Shown one piece after another: positions 1 to 9,743 of a stretch of DNA of 64,000 nt. A program made the translations under genes and the position numbers. This DNA is from Chthonomonadales bacterium (GTDB lineage: Bacteria > Armatimonadota > Chthonomonadetes > Chthonomonadales > CAJBBX01). Below the pieces are notes generated by a model. The model did no database searches and was not told where the DNA came from. It saw nothing but the letters and a program-made list of their open reading frames with translations. The stretch spans positions 64,001 through 128,000 of the forward strand of contig JBBIPC010000002.1 of assembly GCA_037443035.1 (NCBI GenBank). The letters are read 5' to 3'. The first letter of the stretch is position 1. Each line of letters opens with the position of its first letter.

Positions 1-201
1 ACCTACGAGGATCGCCCCGGACGTCGGTCTGACAAGGCCGCCAAGACACTTCAGCAATGTCGTCTTGCCGCTGCCCGACATACCCATCAGAGACAGGACT
101 TCGCCGCGGTAGACGTCAAAAGTGATATCGGACAGGATGAGGCGATCCTCCGCCCTGTAACACACTCCGCGAACCGACATCGCGACGTCCTCACTGGTCA
201 T
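1..201 (-). CDS. mlaF: ABC transporter ATP-binding protein, MlaF/Mkl-like (runs off window edge)
   Basis: Manual translation MTSEDVAMSVRGVCYRAEDRLILSDITFDVYRGEVLSLMGMSGSGKTTLLKCLGGLVRPTSG with Walker A; ATGA overlap with the mlaE stop. Confidence 0.8.
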   Translation of the reverse strand, partial: MTSEDVAMSVRGVCYRAEDRLILSDITFDVYRGEVLSLMGMSGSGKTTLLKCLGGLVRPTSGAILVG

Positions 202-1004
202 TTCGCCGCCACCGACGCGCCCATCAAGATCTGCGCGAGGAAGAAATCGGAGATGAAGATCAACACCACACAGAGGACAACAGAGCTGGTTGTCGCACGG
301 CCGACTCCTGCCGCGCCTCGTTCGGTCCTCAGCCCCTGCCTGCACGCCACAGCCGCGATCGTCAGACCGAACCAGAGAGTCTTCACCAACCCTTTGATGA
401 GGTCCGTCTCTGTGGCCATCGAGCGCACCGACTCGAAGAAGGATGAGACCGGAACACCGCTCGTCGCTGACATGATGATGGACCCGCCAATGCCGGCGAA
501 ATCCGCAACGAGACCGCACACCGGGAGCATCAGCACGCACGCGAGCAGCCGAGGAGCAACCAGGTAGCGAACAGGCGAGACCGCCAGAGATCGCAGCGCA
601 TCCACCTGCTCCGTCACGACCATGGTGCCTATCTCGGCCGCGATGGCAGCTCCGCCGCGTGCCGCCACCATAACGCCAGCAAGTACAGGGCCGAGTTCGA
701 GCAGAAACGATAGAGCTAGCGTTCCGCCGACGAAGACTGTGGCCCCGAACCGGACGAAGACGCCTGCTGTGTAGAAGGCCAGAACAGCACCTGTCGAGGC
801 GGCCGTGGCAATCGTAATGGGGAGCGAATCCACACCGAGCTGGGCCATGTGCCGCACGGTCTCCGCCAGGCTTACTTTCCCGCGGGCTATGAACCCTGCG
901 GACTGGAAGACGAGACGCCAGGTATCGCCAACGAAGAGCAGAGTGGAAATCGCTGCACCATGTCCAAGGCGGCGCTGCTGCGTGTGCCATGCCCTTGCCG
1001 TCAT
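198..1004 (-). CDS. mlaE: MlaE family lipid ABC transporter permease
   Basis: ELGPVLAGVMVAARGGAAIAAEIGTMVVTEQVDAL and GAAGVGRATTSSVV motifs; ATG at 1004 chosen because the promoter occupies the longer ORF start. Confidence 0.9.
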   Translation of the reverse strand: MTARAWHTQQRRLGHGAAISTLLFVGDTWRLVFQSAGFIARGKVSLAETVRHMAQLGVDSLPITIATAASTGAVLAFYTAGVFVRFGATVFVGGTLALSFLLELGPVLAGVMVAARGGAAIAAEIGTMVVTEQVDALRSLAVSPVRYLVAPRLLACVLMLPVCGLVADFAGIGGSIIMSATSGVPVSSFFESVRSMATETDLIKGLVKTLWFGLTIAAVACRQGLRTERGAAGVGRATTSSVVLCVVLIFISDFFLAQILMGASVAAK

Positions 1005-1011
1005 GACCGGG

Positions 1012-1040
1012 ATTATACTGAGGCGCCGTGGAGGTGTCAA
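1012..1040 (-). promoter_or_regulatory. Consensus sigma70 promoter for mlaEF
   Basis: TTGACA (1040-1035), 17 nt, TATAAT (1017-1012) on the minus strand. Confidence 0.85.
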
Positions 1041-1138
1041 CGCAAGATCGTCTCGGTCAGTCAGTCTTGCCTTGACGGGCGGGTTTGGGCTAACATGGCA
1101 CTCGCGGTGCTTCCGGCAGCGCAGGAAGGTGGGATGTC

Positions 1139-1357
1139 ATGCCGCGACCTCGTGTTCGCAAACAGATCGTGTGCCCGGAGTGTGGCCGGGTGCTGAAGAC
1201 CGTGGCAGTGCCAACGGCTGTGGTGGAGCAAGAGACGTTGCCCGACGAAGAAGCGGTCAACGGACTCGCTGCCACGCCGGCAAGCGACACTGGCGGAGAA
1301 CCGGTAGAGATCATCATCGAAGAAGGGCCCGTCTGCCCCCGTTGCGCTGCCTCCTGA
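1139..1357 (+). CDS. Small putative Zn-ribbon protein
   Basis: 72 aa; CPECG near N-terminus, CPRC near C-terminus, acidic linker; purine-rich upstream sequence. Confidence 0.65.
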   Translation: MPRPRVRKQIVCPECGRVLKTVAVPTAVVEQETLPDEEAVNGLAATPASDTGGEPVEIIIEEGPVCPRCAAS

Positions 1358-1381
1358 CAGGGTAGACGCAAGGGCCATCCC

Positions 1382-3205
1382 ATGGCTCAGCCCCACAAGT
1401 TCCGTGTCCTCAGAGGTCCCACGAACACCGGTCTGTTCGAGGCGGAAGACCGTTATCTTCTCATCGGCTGCGCTCCTCCAGATGACCTACGAAGCATGCG
1501 TGTGGATCCTTCCGCGGTCGAGTGGGTACTCCTGACTCATCACCACCGAACCGCCTGGGAAGGCGTCACGGCGCTCGCTGAACTGGGTGCGAAGATCGCG
1601 GTTCCCGAAGCCGAGCTTCTCTACTTTCGGGATCCTGCAAGGTTCTGGTGCAATGACAGCAGGCATTATCATGCGTACAACTTCCACCCGTCCCATCTCC
1701 TGCCTCGCACGCCCGTGGCGGTGGAACGTTGCTTCCGCGAATACGAGACAATGGAGTGGCGCGGGTTGCCCATCCTCGCTGTGAGCGCACCAGGTCCCAC
1801 GGCGGGTGGAATGGCCTACCTTGTGACCCTCCGAGGCAAGACTTTGGCTTTCATCGGCGAGCTGATGAGTGGACACGGCAAGCTGCGAGATTTCTGGTCG
1901 CTCCAGGGGCGCAGGTCCTTCGAGAGCGGGGAACTCATGGAATACCACGGGTTCGGGGAGCGGGCCGCCGACGTGGTGGGATCTCTCCAGCGCATCGCTC
2001 AGGAAGCACCCGAGGTGATGATCCCAAGCCGTGGGACCATCATCCAGCGCCCGCAGGAGGCCGTGGCCCTGCTGTCCTCTCGCCTCAGCGCTTGTCGGAT
2101 GAGTTACCACACCATCAGCTCCGGGCGCTGGTACTTTCCGACGGTCTGGCCGGATGTACCCGACATCACCGATGCCCTGCGCAAGCGTTGTCGTCCTCTG
2201 CCACCATGGGTCGTCGAACTTGGCGGCACGTCACGGGCACTGGTTGGCGAACATGGCGGAACCTTGCTCGTTGACTGTGCAGGCGACACCCCTCGCGTTG
2301 TGGCGGAGCGGTGTCGCCAAGGCAACCTAGGGCCCGTGGAGTACCTTTGGATCACCCATTACCACGACGACCACGTGGACAAAGTGCAGACCTTTCGCCG
2401 ATCGCACCCAACCAGGGTTATCGTCCACGAAAGCATGGCCGATATCCTCGAGCGTCCCGCAGCCTATTGGATGCCATGCCTTCATGAAGAAGCGATCGCC
2501 CCTGATCACGTCACAACGCATGGCGAGTCCTGGAACTGGGGCGGCTTTCGGCTGACAGCCCTCACGTTTCCCGGTCAGACGATCTTCGACGCAGCACTGC
2601 TGGTGGAGCGGGATGGCCAGCGGGTGCTGTTTGTGGGCGACTCGCTCACGCCGGGTGGTCTGGACGACTATTGCGCTCTCAACCGGAATCTGCTGGGCTC
2701 TGATATGGGTTACGACCGCAGTCTGGCTGTGCTGGAGGGACTTGGCAGCGATGTACTGCTCGTGAATCAACACGTCCCTGGCGCGTTTGTCTTCAGCAAT
2801 CAGGAGATCCGTTCCATGCGGGAGGAGCTCGCACGCCGCACCGTGCTGTTTCGCGAGCTCTTGGACTGGGACGATCCGAACTACGGCTTGGACCCGCAGT
2901 GGGTGCGGGCGGACCCTTACTGGCAACACGCCAGACGGGGTTCTACTGCGAGATGGAAAGTCTGGGTTCAGAACCACTCGCGCATTCGTCGTAGGTTCGT
3001 GGTAACGCTCCACGCGCCTTCTCATTGGCGGCCGGTTGGCGAGCGTGATGAGATCCATCTGCCTAGCCACCAGATCGGGCAGGCTTCGCTAGGCGTCGAA
3101 GTGCCTGCCAATGCCACCCTCGGTCGTGCCGTTGTTGCCATGTCCGTAGCGCGTGACGGAAAGGACTTCGGGGAGATAGCAGAAGCTCTGGTGGATGTGG
3201 AATGA
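1382..3205 (+). CDS. Tandem MBL-fold metallo-hydrolase with C-terminal beta-sandwich-like domain
   Basis: THHHRTA and THYHDDH motifs, LFVGD. Confidence 0.8.
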   Translation: MAQPHKFRVLRGPTNTGLFEAEDRYLLIGCAPPDDLRSMRVDPSAVEWVLLTHHHRTAWEGVTALAELGAKIAVPEAELLYFRDPARFWCNDSRHYHAYNFHPSHLLPRTPVAVERCFREYETMEWRGLPILAVSAPGPTAGGMAYLVTLRGKTLAFIGELMSGHGKLRDFWSLQGRRSFESGELMEYHGFGERAADVVGSLQRIAQEAPEVMIPSRGTIIQRPQEAVALLSSRLSACRMSYHTISSGRWYFPTVWPDVPDITDALRKRCRPLPPWVVELGGTSRALVGEHGGTLLVDCAGDTPRVVAERCRQGNLGPVEYLWITHYHDDHVDKVQTFRRSHPTRVIVHESMADILERPAAYWMPCLHEEAIAPDHVTTHGESWNWGGFRLTALTFPGQTIFDAALLVERDGQRVLFVGDSLTPGGLDDYCALNRNLLGSDMGYDRSLAVLEGLGSDVLLVNQHVPGAFVFSNQEIRSMREELARRTVLFRELLDWDDPNYGLDPQWVRADPYWQHARRGSTARWKVWVQNHSRIRRRFVVTLHAPSHWRPVGERDEIHLPSHQIGQASLGVEVPANATLGRAVVAMSVARDGKDFGEIAEALVDVE

Positions 3206-4236
3206 GGGACCCGCGGCCTGTAAGCGAAGTGGTGGAGAGTTGCGGTGTGGCTGCAGCGATCGATCTCAAGCACGTGGCCAGTCTGCTGTTCACCTATCGC
3301 TGCACCCTGTCGTGCATGCATTGCTGCTTCTACTGCAGCCCACGGCGCCCGCCCGTGCGCGCTGATCTCCATGATGCCGTTGCATGGCTCGAGCAGCTCC
3401 ATCAGACCGACCGTGTGGTTCATATCGCGGGCGGCGAGGCCATGCTCTATTGGAACGAGCTTCTGGCGATTTGCGTCGAGGCGGGGCGACGTGGGGTCGC
3501 TCCCCATTTCATCGAGACCAACGCGACGTTTGCCGTCTCCGACACACGGACACGCGATCGGCTGCGGCGTCTCCAGGACACCGGTGTCCGCGGCATGCTC
3601 ATCAGCGCGGATCCCTATCATCAGCGCCGATGTCCGCCAGAGCGCATGGCACGGTGCCATCGCATCGCTGTGGAAGTGTTCGGCAAGCAGAACGTCATCG
3701 CCGTCGAACCGGATCCTGAGCGCCTAGCCGATTACCGCGCTATCGCTTACGACAGGACGCGACTAGCTGCGTACGCGCTGCAACATCCGCCGATGCTGTC
3801 GGGCCGCGCTGGTGATGAGCTGGCAGGTTTCTTTCCGCGTCGGCCGTTGGATGACCTTCTGGATTCCATGTGGCATGGTGGAGCTGGCGTGCGTCATTGC
3901 CGGCAGGAGTTCGATCCGGAGACCATGTGGGAGATCCATGTGGACCCCTATGGCAACTTGCAGACGTGCTGCCTGATCATTGTGGGCGATATTAGGAAGA
4001 CGCCTCTGCCGGACGCCATGCACAAGGGCTTCCTCGATTGGAGCCCTGTCGTCCAGGCGGTCTATCGCGACGGACCCTTCGGCCTCCTGCAGCTCGCCCT
4101 GCCCCGCGGGTACCGGCCCGCAGACGGATATCCGCAGAAATGCGGGCTGTGCTGGGAAGTGCGGAAGTTCCTGCGGCCGTACTACCCCGAGGCGTTGGGG
4201 CCTCCAGATGTCTACGAGCCTGACCCCTCGGACTGA
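3202..4236 (+). CDS. Radical SAM protein
   Basis: CTLSCMHC (CxxxCxxC), AGGEA, ETNA; C-terminal Cys residues (TCC, CGLC); ATGA overlap with upstream gene. Confidence 0.88.
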   Translation: MRDPRPVSEVVESCGVAAAIDLKHVASLLFTYRCTLSCMHCCFYCSPRRPPVRADLHDAVAWLEQLHQTDRVVHIAGGEAMLYWNELLAICVEAGRRGVAPHFIETNATFAVSDTRTRDRLRRLQDTGVRGMLISADPYHQRRCPPERMARCHRIAVEVFGKQNVIAVEPDPERLADYRAIAYDRTRLAAYALQHPPMLSGRAGDELAGFFPRRPLDDLLDSMWHGGAGVRHCRQEFDPETMWEIHVDPYGNLQTCCLIIVGDIRKTPLPDAMHKGFLDWSPVVQAVYRDGPFGLLQLALPRGYRPADGYPQKCGLCWEVRKFLRPYYPEALGPPDVYEPDPSD

Positions 4237-4286
4237 GGTGTAGCGGCCAGGACGCCCGAAACGTGGTGCAACGACCGGCGAACGGG

Positions 4287-4820
4287 TCAGGGAATGGAAT
4301 CGACGATGATTTGGTCGTTCGTGTAGACGCAGATTTCCGAGGCGACCCTGAGCGATTCCAGCGCTATCTCCCTAGCAGTCAGTGATGTGTGCCGCACTAG
4401 GGCTTTGGCTGCCGCCTGCGCGTATGGTCCGCCCGAACCAATGGCGAGAACGCCATCATCCGGTTCCAACACGTTGCCGTCTCCGCTCAGGAGGTAGAGC
4501 TTGTCGGTATCCGCCACTATCACGAGCGCCTCCAGACGCCGCATGAGCCTGTCGGTGCGCCACTCGCGGACGAAGTCCACGGCGGCACGCGTCAGGTTGC
4601 CCCCCGCTGCCTCCAACTTCGATTCGAAGCGGTCGGCCAGAGCAAGAGCGTCCGCCACGGACCCCGAAAACCCCGCCAGCACCTTATCGTGATACATGCG
4701 CCGGATCTTGCGGGCCGTTGCCTTGACAACGATCTGATCCATGCTCACCTGACCATCACCAGCCAGCGCGACCTGTCCATCACGCTGAACGGCCACGATG
4801 GTAGTCGAGCGTGTCTTCAT
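4287..4820 (-). CDS. hslV: ATP-dependent protease peptidase subunit HslV
   Basis: TTIVAV...GDGQVS, GFSGSVADA, AIGSGG, ICVYTN; GAGG upstream of the ATG. Confidence 0.95.
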   Translation of the reverse strand: MKTRSTTIVAVQRDGQVALAGDGQVSMDQIVVKATARKIRRMYHDKVLAGFSGSVADALALADRFESKLEAAGGNLTRAAVDFVREWRTDRLMRRLEALVIVADTDKLYLLSGDGNVLEPDDGVLAIGSGGPYAQAAAKALVRHTSLTAREIALESLRVASEICVYTNDQIIVDSIP

Positions 4821-4867
4821 CGTTCCTCGCTCCTCGTCGTGCAACATCCTGTTGGCAGCGCTTCCAT

Positions 4868-5800
4868 TCAGCTCTCCTTCTCGGCCCGTGGATGCGTTCG
4901 GCGGTGCTCGGAACGGAGGCGGGCGGTCGAGACATGCGTGTACACCTGGGTCGTGGCGATACTCGAGTGTCCCAGGAGTTCCTGGACCGAGCGAAGATCG
5001 GCACCTCGATCCAGGAGATGCGTGGCGAAGGAATGGCGCAATACATGGGGCGTGATCTTGAGCCGCGCACAGACGTTGTCGGCGTAGCGATCGAAGATCC
5101 GTTGGATGCCACGTACGGACAGGGGACCGCCGTTCTTGTTCAGGAAAAGGGCGCCTCTCGCCCTCGGCTTGCTGCTGCCTCGCCCCCGCATTGCCACCGC
5201 CTCGAGGGCCGGTCGCCCCTCTCGCAGGTAACGCGCCAGAGCCTCGGCCGCGGGCTCACCCATGAGCGCCACGCGGTCCTTACGACCCTTGCCACCTCGC
5301 ACGCGGATCTCCAGCTCCTCCAAATCCACATCGGCGATCGTCAGGTTCGCAGCTTCGCTCACACGGATTCCACTTGCATACAGTAGCTCCAGGACTGCCC
5401 GATCCCGTAGACCCGTCGGAGTGCTATCCGGCAGACTGAGAAGGGTCTCGATCTCGTGGTTGCTGAGGACTGTCGGAAGGCGTGTGGGTCTCTTGGGTGC
5501 TCGGAGAGAACGCGCTGGATCGTCGCTGATGTAACCGCGCCGCTTGGCCCAGCGAAAGAACGATCGGATGCTCGAGAGCTTGCGGGCGATGGTCGTCCGC
5601 GCATAGTTCGTCTGCACGAGATGCGCGAGGTACTTGCGTACGTCCGCAAGGTCCACCGATGCGACTTCCGTCACACCTTGCTCATCCAGATACTGGGCGA
5701 ATTGCGCCAGATCCGAGGCATAGGCACGGACGGTGTGCTCCGAGTCGCCCCGGCTTTCAAGTCGGTGCCGCAGAAAGGCTCCGATACAATCGTCCATCAT
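4868..5800 (-). CDS. xerC: Tyrosine recombinase XerC
   Basis: ELLYASGIRVSE, GKGRKDR, HVLRHSFATHLL, QELLGH, TTQVYTH; adjacent to hslV. Confidence 0.88.
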   Translation of the reverse strand: MMDDCIGAFLRHRLESRGDSEHTVRAYASDLAQFAQYLDEQGVTEVASVDLADVRKYLAHLVQTNYARTTIARKLSSIRSFFRWAKRRGYISDDPARSLRAPKRPTRLPTVLSNHEIETLLSLPDSTPTGLRDRAVLELLYASGIRVSEAANLTIADVDLEELEIRVRGGKGRKDRVALMGEPAAEALARYLREGRPALEAVAMRGRGSSKPRARGALFLNKNGGPLSVRGIQRIFDRYADNVCARLKITPHVLRHSFATHLLDRGADLRSVQELLGHSSIATTQVYTHVSTARLRSEHRRTHPRAEKES

Positions 5801-6699
5801 CGCCTAGTCTCCGAAGCGAAACGTGTCACGGCAATGCTCGCCCCAAGTATCAGGGCTCCGCCCAACAGTGTAGCCGGTGCAATAGCTTCCGAGAATAGCC
5901 AGGCGCCCACAAGTGCACTGTAGACGATCTGGGACAGGGTAATCAGCACGCCTTGAGCGGTGGTTACATACCGGTACCCATAGGTCATGAGCACCTGGGC
6001 ACCAGTGCTCGAGACCGACATGATGAGCAGGAGACGCCAGCCGGCTAAGCTGGGAACGACGATGGGTGATCCCACCATGGCGATGAGAGAAACAGGGATA
6101 CCGACGAGCGAGAAGTAGAAGAACACGGCAGCGGCAGTCTCCTGCTGCCTCAGCTTCCTCACAGCGGTCAGAGCCATTCCGGCCAGCACTCCTGACGCAA
6201 GGCCGTACGCATCGCCCACTCGGATCGCGTCTATCCTTGGACGTATGACAAACAGGATACCTAGAATCGCGATCCCGAGCGCCGCTAGAACTCGCCGTCC
6301 TGGCCGTTCACCAAGGTAGACCCACGCACACAATGGCGCGAACACGACGGACGTTAGGTTTAGTAGCACGGCATTGGTCAGCGTGGTGTGACGTATTGCC
6401 AGGAAGTAGGTATAGACGGCAAGGCCACCAGTCAGCCCCCGCCAGACCAATCCTCTCCGATCCGAACCGAGGAGCTTCGCTGGCTTGTAGAAAGCGAGCG
6501 GAAGCATGACGATCGCTCCGATACCGAACCTCGCCAACGTCACCTCGGCCGTGGGCACCGGGCGTCCCCATGCGGGATTGCCGAGCATCTTTGTGGCTGT
6601 CGTCATGACTGCGAACAGGACTGCCGAGAGAAACATCGCCGCAATGGCCAGGCCTCGGCGCGGCATTTCGATTGCCGCATGCCGCGGACCGAGTGTCAT
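5797..6699 (-). CDS. DMT/EamA family transporter
   Basis: About 10 hydrophobic segments, internal duplication, LGERP motif. Confidence 0.85.
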   Translation of the reverse strand: MTLGPRHAAIEMPRRGLAIAAMFLSAVLFAVMTTATKMLGNPAWGRPVPTAEVTLARFGIGAIVMLPLAFYKPAKLLGSDRRGLVWRGLTGGLAVYTYFLAIRHTTLTNAVLLNLTSVVFAPLCAWVYLGERPGRRVLAALGIAILGILFVIRPRIDAIRVGDAYGLASGVLAGMALTAVRKLRQQETAAAVFFYFSLVGIPVSLIAMVGSPIVVPSLAGWRLLLIMSVSSTGAQVLMTYGYRYVTTAQGVLITLSQIVYSALVGAWLFSEAIAPATLLGGALILGASIAVTRFASETRR

Positions 6700-7868
6700 C
6701 GCGGGTTCACTGGCGTGCCGTTATGCCTCACCTCGAAGTGCAGATGCGGGCCGGTAGACAGGCCCGTGCTGCCGACGCGTGCGATCACCTGCCCCTGTCG
6801 CACCGACTGGCCTTCGCCCACCAGGAGCGCGGAGCAGTGCGCGTACAGGGTCGTCACTCCGCCCCCGTGGTCTATCACGACGGTGTTGCCATAGCCACGC
6901 ATGTAACTTGCCATCACGACCTCACCACCGGCCGCAGCGCGTATCGGGGTTCCATAACCGGCGCCGAAGTCCACACCCGTATGCATGCGGGAGCGATGCA
7001 ATATGGGATGGAACCGCATACCGTAGTTCGAGGTAACAGGTCCATCTACTGGACGAATGAAGCGGCCGGTCCAGGCTCTCAGCATGCGTGCGCGGCCACG
7101 AGGTGTCATCTGCATGGCTCGGATGCGGGCGGCGATGTCCTGGGAGGCCTGCTCCAGAATGTCCAGTGCTTCTTCCAGACCCCGGCGCGTCGTGCGCACA
7201 TCCGCCAGGAGGTCTCTCTTTCTGTCCACACTCGCTCGATACTCGGCCCGACGGGCTATGAGTTCGGTCTCCAGAGAACGCTGTTCGGCGAGCTGGCGTT
7301 CTAGACGCTGCCTGTCCGCACGAAGGTCCAGTTCGTCTGATCGAATCGCACGGATCAGCCGCGTGTCGGCGTCCACGATCTTCTCGATATAGTAGCTGCG
7401 GGCCATGTACTCGTGCATACTCCGCGACGCAAGCAATACGTGAAGGAAGCCATCTCGGCCTTGCTGGTATGTCTGGCGCATGCGGAAGGCCAGGACCCGG
7501 CGTCTTCCCGCCAGGCGACGCTCGGTCTCAGTGATCCTCCGACTGATGACGGTATGCTCCTGCCTCAACGTCGCTAGTCGAGACCGCACGTACTCGATAC
7601 GTCGTTCCGCACGCTGAATCTGGGACTCCACCGTATCGATCTCATCGCAGATGCGCCGTTCGGTACGCTTGACCTTTCGGATTTCGGAGCGTTTCTGGGC
7701 AATGCGCGAACGGACGCGTGACAGATCCTGCCGAAGCTGAGCCGCACTCTTCGCACGCGATGCACGAGAAGGAGCGGGCCGAGACATACTCGGCATCGGT
7801 GCGGCGTGCAGGAGCAACACAACGAGGAGGATGTGTCGGACGTCCCTGCGTGACCTTCCTCCTGTCAC
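6696..7868 (-). CDS. Coiled-coil M23 peptidase (EnvC-like position)
   Basis: Signal-like N-terminus, long coiled coil, HTGVD and GPHLHFE motifs; follows ftsX. Confidence 0.9.
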   Translation of the reverse strand: MTGGRSRRDVRHILLVVLLLHAAPMPSMSRPAPSRASRAKSAAQLRQDLSRVRSRIAQKRSEIRKVKRTERRICDEIDTVESQIQRAERRIEYVRSRLATLRQEHTVISRRITETERRLAGRRRVLAFRMRQTYQQGRDGFLHVLLASRSMHEYMARSYYIEKIVDADTRLIRAIRSDELDLRADRQRLERQLAEQRSLETELIARRAEYRASVDRKRDLLADVRTTRRGLEEALDILEQASQDIAARIRAMQMTPRGRARMLRAWTGRFIRPVDGPVTSNYGMRFHPILHRSRMHTGVDFGAGYGTPIRAAAGGEVVMASYMRGYGNTVVIDHGGGVTTLYAHCSALLVGEGQSVRQGQVIARVGSTGLSTGPHLHFEVRHNGTPVNPR

Positions 7869-8764
7869 CGCAAGAACCTCCGTAGCGAAATCACGCTGGT
7901 CACCAGTCCCAAGATCAGTCCTGTCGCCATGAGTACCACCAAGATCATCCAGGGGCCGGGCGCCGGTGGCATGCCTACGGCCAACGGACTCTCGAAGCTA
8001 GCTGTGTAACGCGACAACTGCGACAGTACCAGAATGACGAGCAGGCTAGCAGCAATGGCACCAGCCACGCCGTAGAAGATACCCTCTAGGACGATGGGAA
8101 GGCGCACGAAGGCTGGTGACGCACCTACCAGGCGCATGATCTGGATCTCGTCGGCTCTTGCGATAACGGTGAGGCGAAGCGTGTTCTGGACCAACACGGC
8201 AGTAGCGAACAGGAGGAGGCCGGCTACGATGGCGCTGAGGGTCCGAACTAGCTTGGACGTGGCAACTAGCTTATCGAGCATCTCCCGTTCGTCACGAACC
8301 GCTGCCACCTCGGGAAAGCGGGTTTCGTTCCTCAGAACCGCCGCAACGCTGCGGGAACGTTCAGGACTGGCCGTGCGGACATCAATCCGATCCGGCAGGG
8401 GATTGGCGCCCGCGAGAGCGTCCACGATCCTGGTGCCCCGTTTGCGGTCTTCTTCCATGAGCTCTCCCAGTGCTTCCTCCTTCGTTACAAGTCGCGTCTC
8501 GGTGACGCCAGGAATGCCCTGAATACGCCGCTCGACGTCCGTGCTCGTACTGCGGGACGCGTCATCCTGCAGGAACACGGCGATGACGAACCGCTGGGGC
8601 TGTGCTGCCGCGAACTGGTGGAGCCGATAGAGGAAGAAGACGGCGCCGCCGAAAACGCTCAACGCGACTGTGACGGCAGAGAACGCAGCAAGCGACATCA
8701 GGCCGTTGCGGCGGATACTCTTGCCAGCTTCGTCAACTAGAAAAAAGAAGCTGGACAGCCTCAT
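7865..8764 (-). CDS. ftsX: Cell division permease FtsX
   Basis: RRNGLMSLAA, NPLP, EIQIMRLVGASPAFVRLPIVLEG. Confidence 0.92.
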   Translation of the reverse strand: MRLSSFFFLVDEAGKSIRRNGLMSLAAFSAVTVALSVFGGAVFFLYRLHQFAAAQPQRFVIAVFLQDDASRSTSTDVERRIQGIPGVTETRLVTKEEALGELMEEDRKRGTRIVDALAGANPLPDRIDVRTASPERSRSVAAVLRNETRFPEVAAVRDEREMLDKLVATSKLVRTLSAIVAGLLLFATAVLVQNTLRLTVIARADEIQIMRLVGASPAFVRLPIVLEGIFYGVAGAIAASLLVILVLSQLSRYTASFESPLAVGMPPAPGPWMILVVLMATGLILGLVTSVISLRRFLR

Positions 8765-9471
8765 GCCGTGGCGCCGCCCGCAGCATCGTAATAGCCAGGG
8801 CACTCATCGCGCACAATGCAGCCATCCTCGATCTGGACGACCCTCTTGCGGAACGTGTCTACCATGTGCTTGTCATGCGTGGCAACAACGACCGTCGTTC
8901 CCAACTGATTGATGCGCTCGAGTACATCGGCGATCCCGCAGGAAGTCTCGGGATCCAGATTGCCGGTAGGCTCATCCGCCAGTAGAAGCGGTGGGGTATT
9001 GGCGAGCGCACGCGCGATAGCGACACGCTGCTTTTCACCGCCGGAGAGTTGGTGTGGGAAGGCGTCATAGCGTTCGATGAGTCCTACCAGCTCGAGTACG
9101 TCGGGAACGCGCCGGCGGATCTCTCGGTTGCTCGCCCCGATCACACGAAGAGCGAAAGCGACGTTCTCGTACACATTGCGGTCCGGCAAGAGCTTGAAAT
9201 CCTGGAAGACGATACCCATTCTACGACGCAGTCGCGGAATGTCCGTAGGGCGTAGCCGTTCTAGCGTCTGTCCAGCCACGAGAACGGTACCAGAAGACGG
9301 ACATGCGTCGCAGTAGAGCAACCTGAGCAGAGTGGACTTGCCAGCGCCCGTTGTACCGACAATATAGACAAAGTCCCCTGTGGGAATCGTGAGGCTGACT
9401 CGACGCAGCACGCTACCCGAGCCGTCGAAAGTGACGGTCACGTTCTCGAGCTGGATCATCGGAGGTTGCAT
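8761..9471 (-). CDS. ftsE: Cell division ATP-binding protein FtsE (start may be 9459)
   Basis: [35 protein letters not shown]. Confidence 0.93.
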   Translation of the reverse strand: MQPPMIQLENVTVTFDGSGSVLRRVSLTIPTGDFVYIVGTTGAGKSTLLRLLYCDACPSSGTVLVAGQTLERLRPTDIPRLRRRMGIVFQDFKLLPDRNVYENVAFALRVIGASNREIRRRVPDVLELVGLIERYDAFPHQLSGGEKQRVAIARALANTPPLLLADEPTGNLDPETSCGIADVLERINQLGTTVVVATHDKHMVDTFRKRVVQIEDGCIVRDECPGYYDAAGGATA

Positions 9472-9557
9472 TGGTCGATCACACGCGGTCGAAGGAGATG
9501 CATACACTTACCCGTCATGGGCAGTCCGCGTCAAGCACGGCGGCCACCGACCGGGTG

Positions 9558-9587
9558 TTGACTGCGAAGCGGCCGAGAAGGTATATT
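9558..9587 (+). promoter_or_regulatory. Putative sigma70 promoter for rplU-rpmA-obgE
   Basis: TTGACT-18 nt-TATATT. Confidence 0.55.
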
Positions 9588-9743
9588 GGTTTTTCGCAGA
9601 TGCCGACTTGACGAGAGAGCGGCTCGAGGATGCATGTGACGGGCGCCCACCAGCGAAAGAGCGGTAGCGCCCTCTTCTAGAGGAATGGCCCCCACGTCGA
9701 AGTTCCGTTATCGAGCGGCGCGGGCCGTACGGGAGGTTCACGG

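Noticed and set aside
1355..1384. In-frame TGA between the Zn-ribbon and MBL genes (similar case at 56236-56293) as readthrough or selenocysteine
   Set aside because: Same-frame adjacency is common by chance; the TGA is not at a Cys-motif position and I saw no convincing SECIS
4868..5800. Tyrosine recombinase as a phage or island integrase
   Set aside because: XerC-like size and motifs, embedded in a housekeeping operon beside hslV; no att repeats or mobile genes seen
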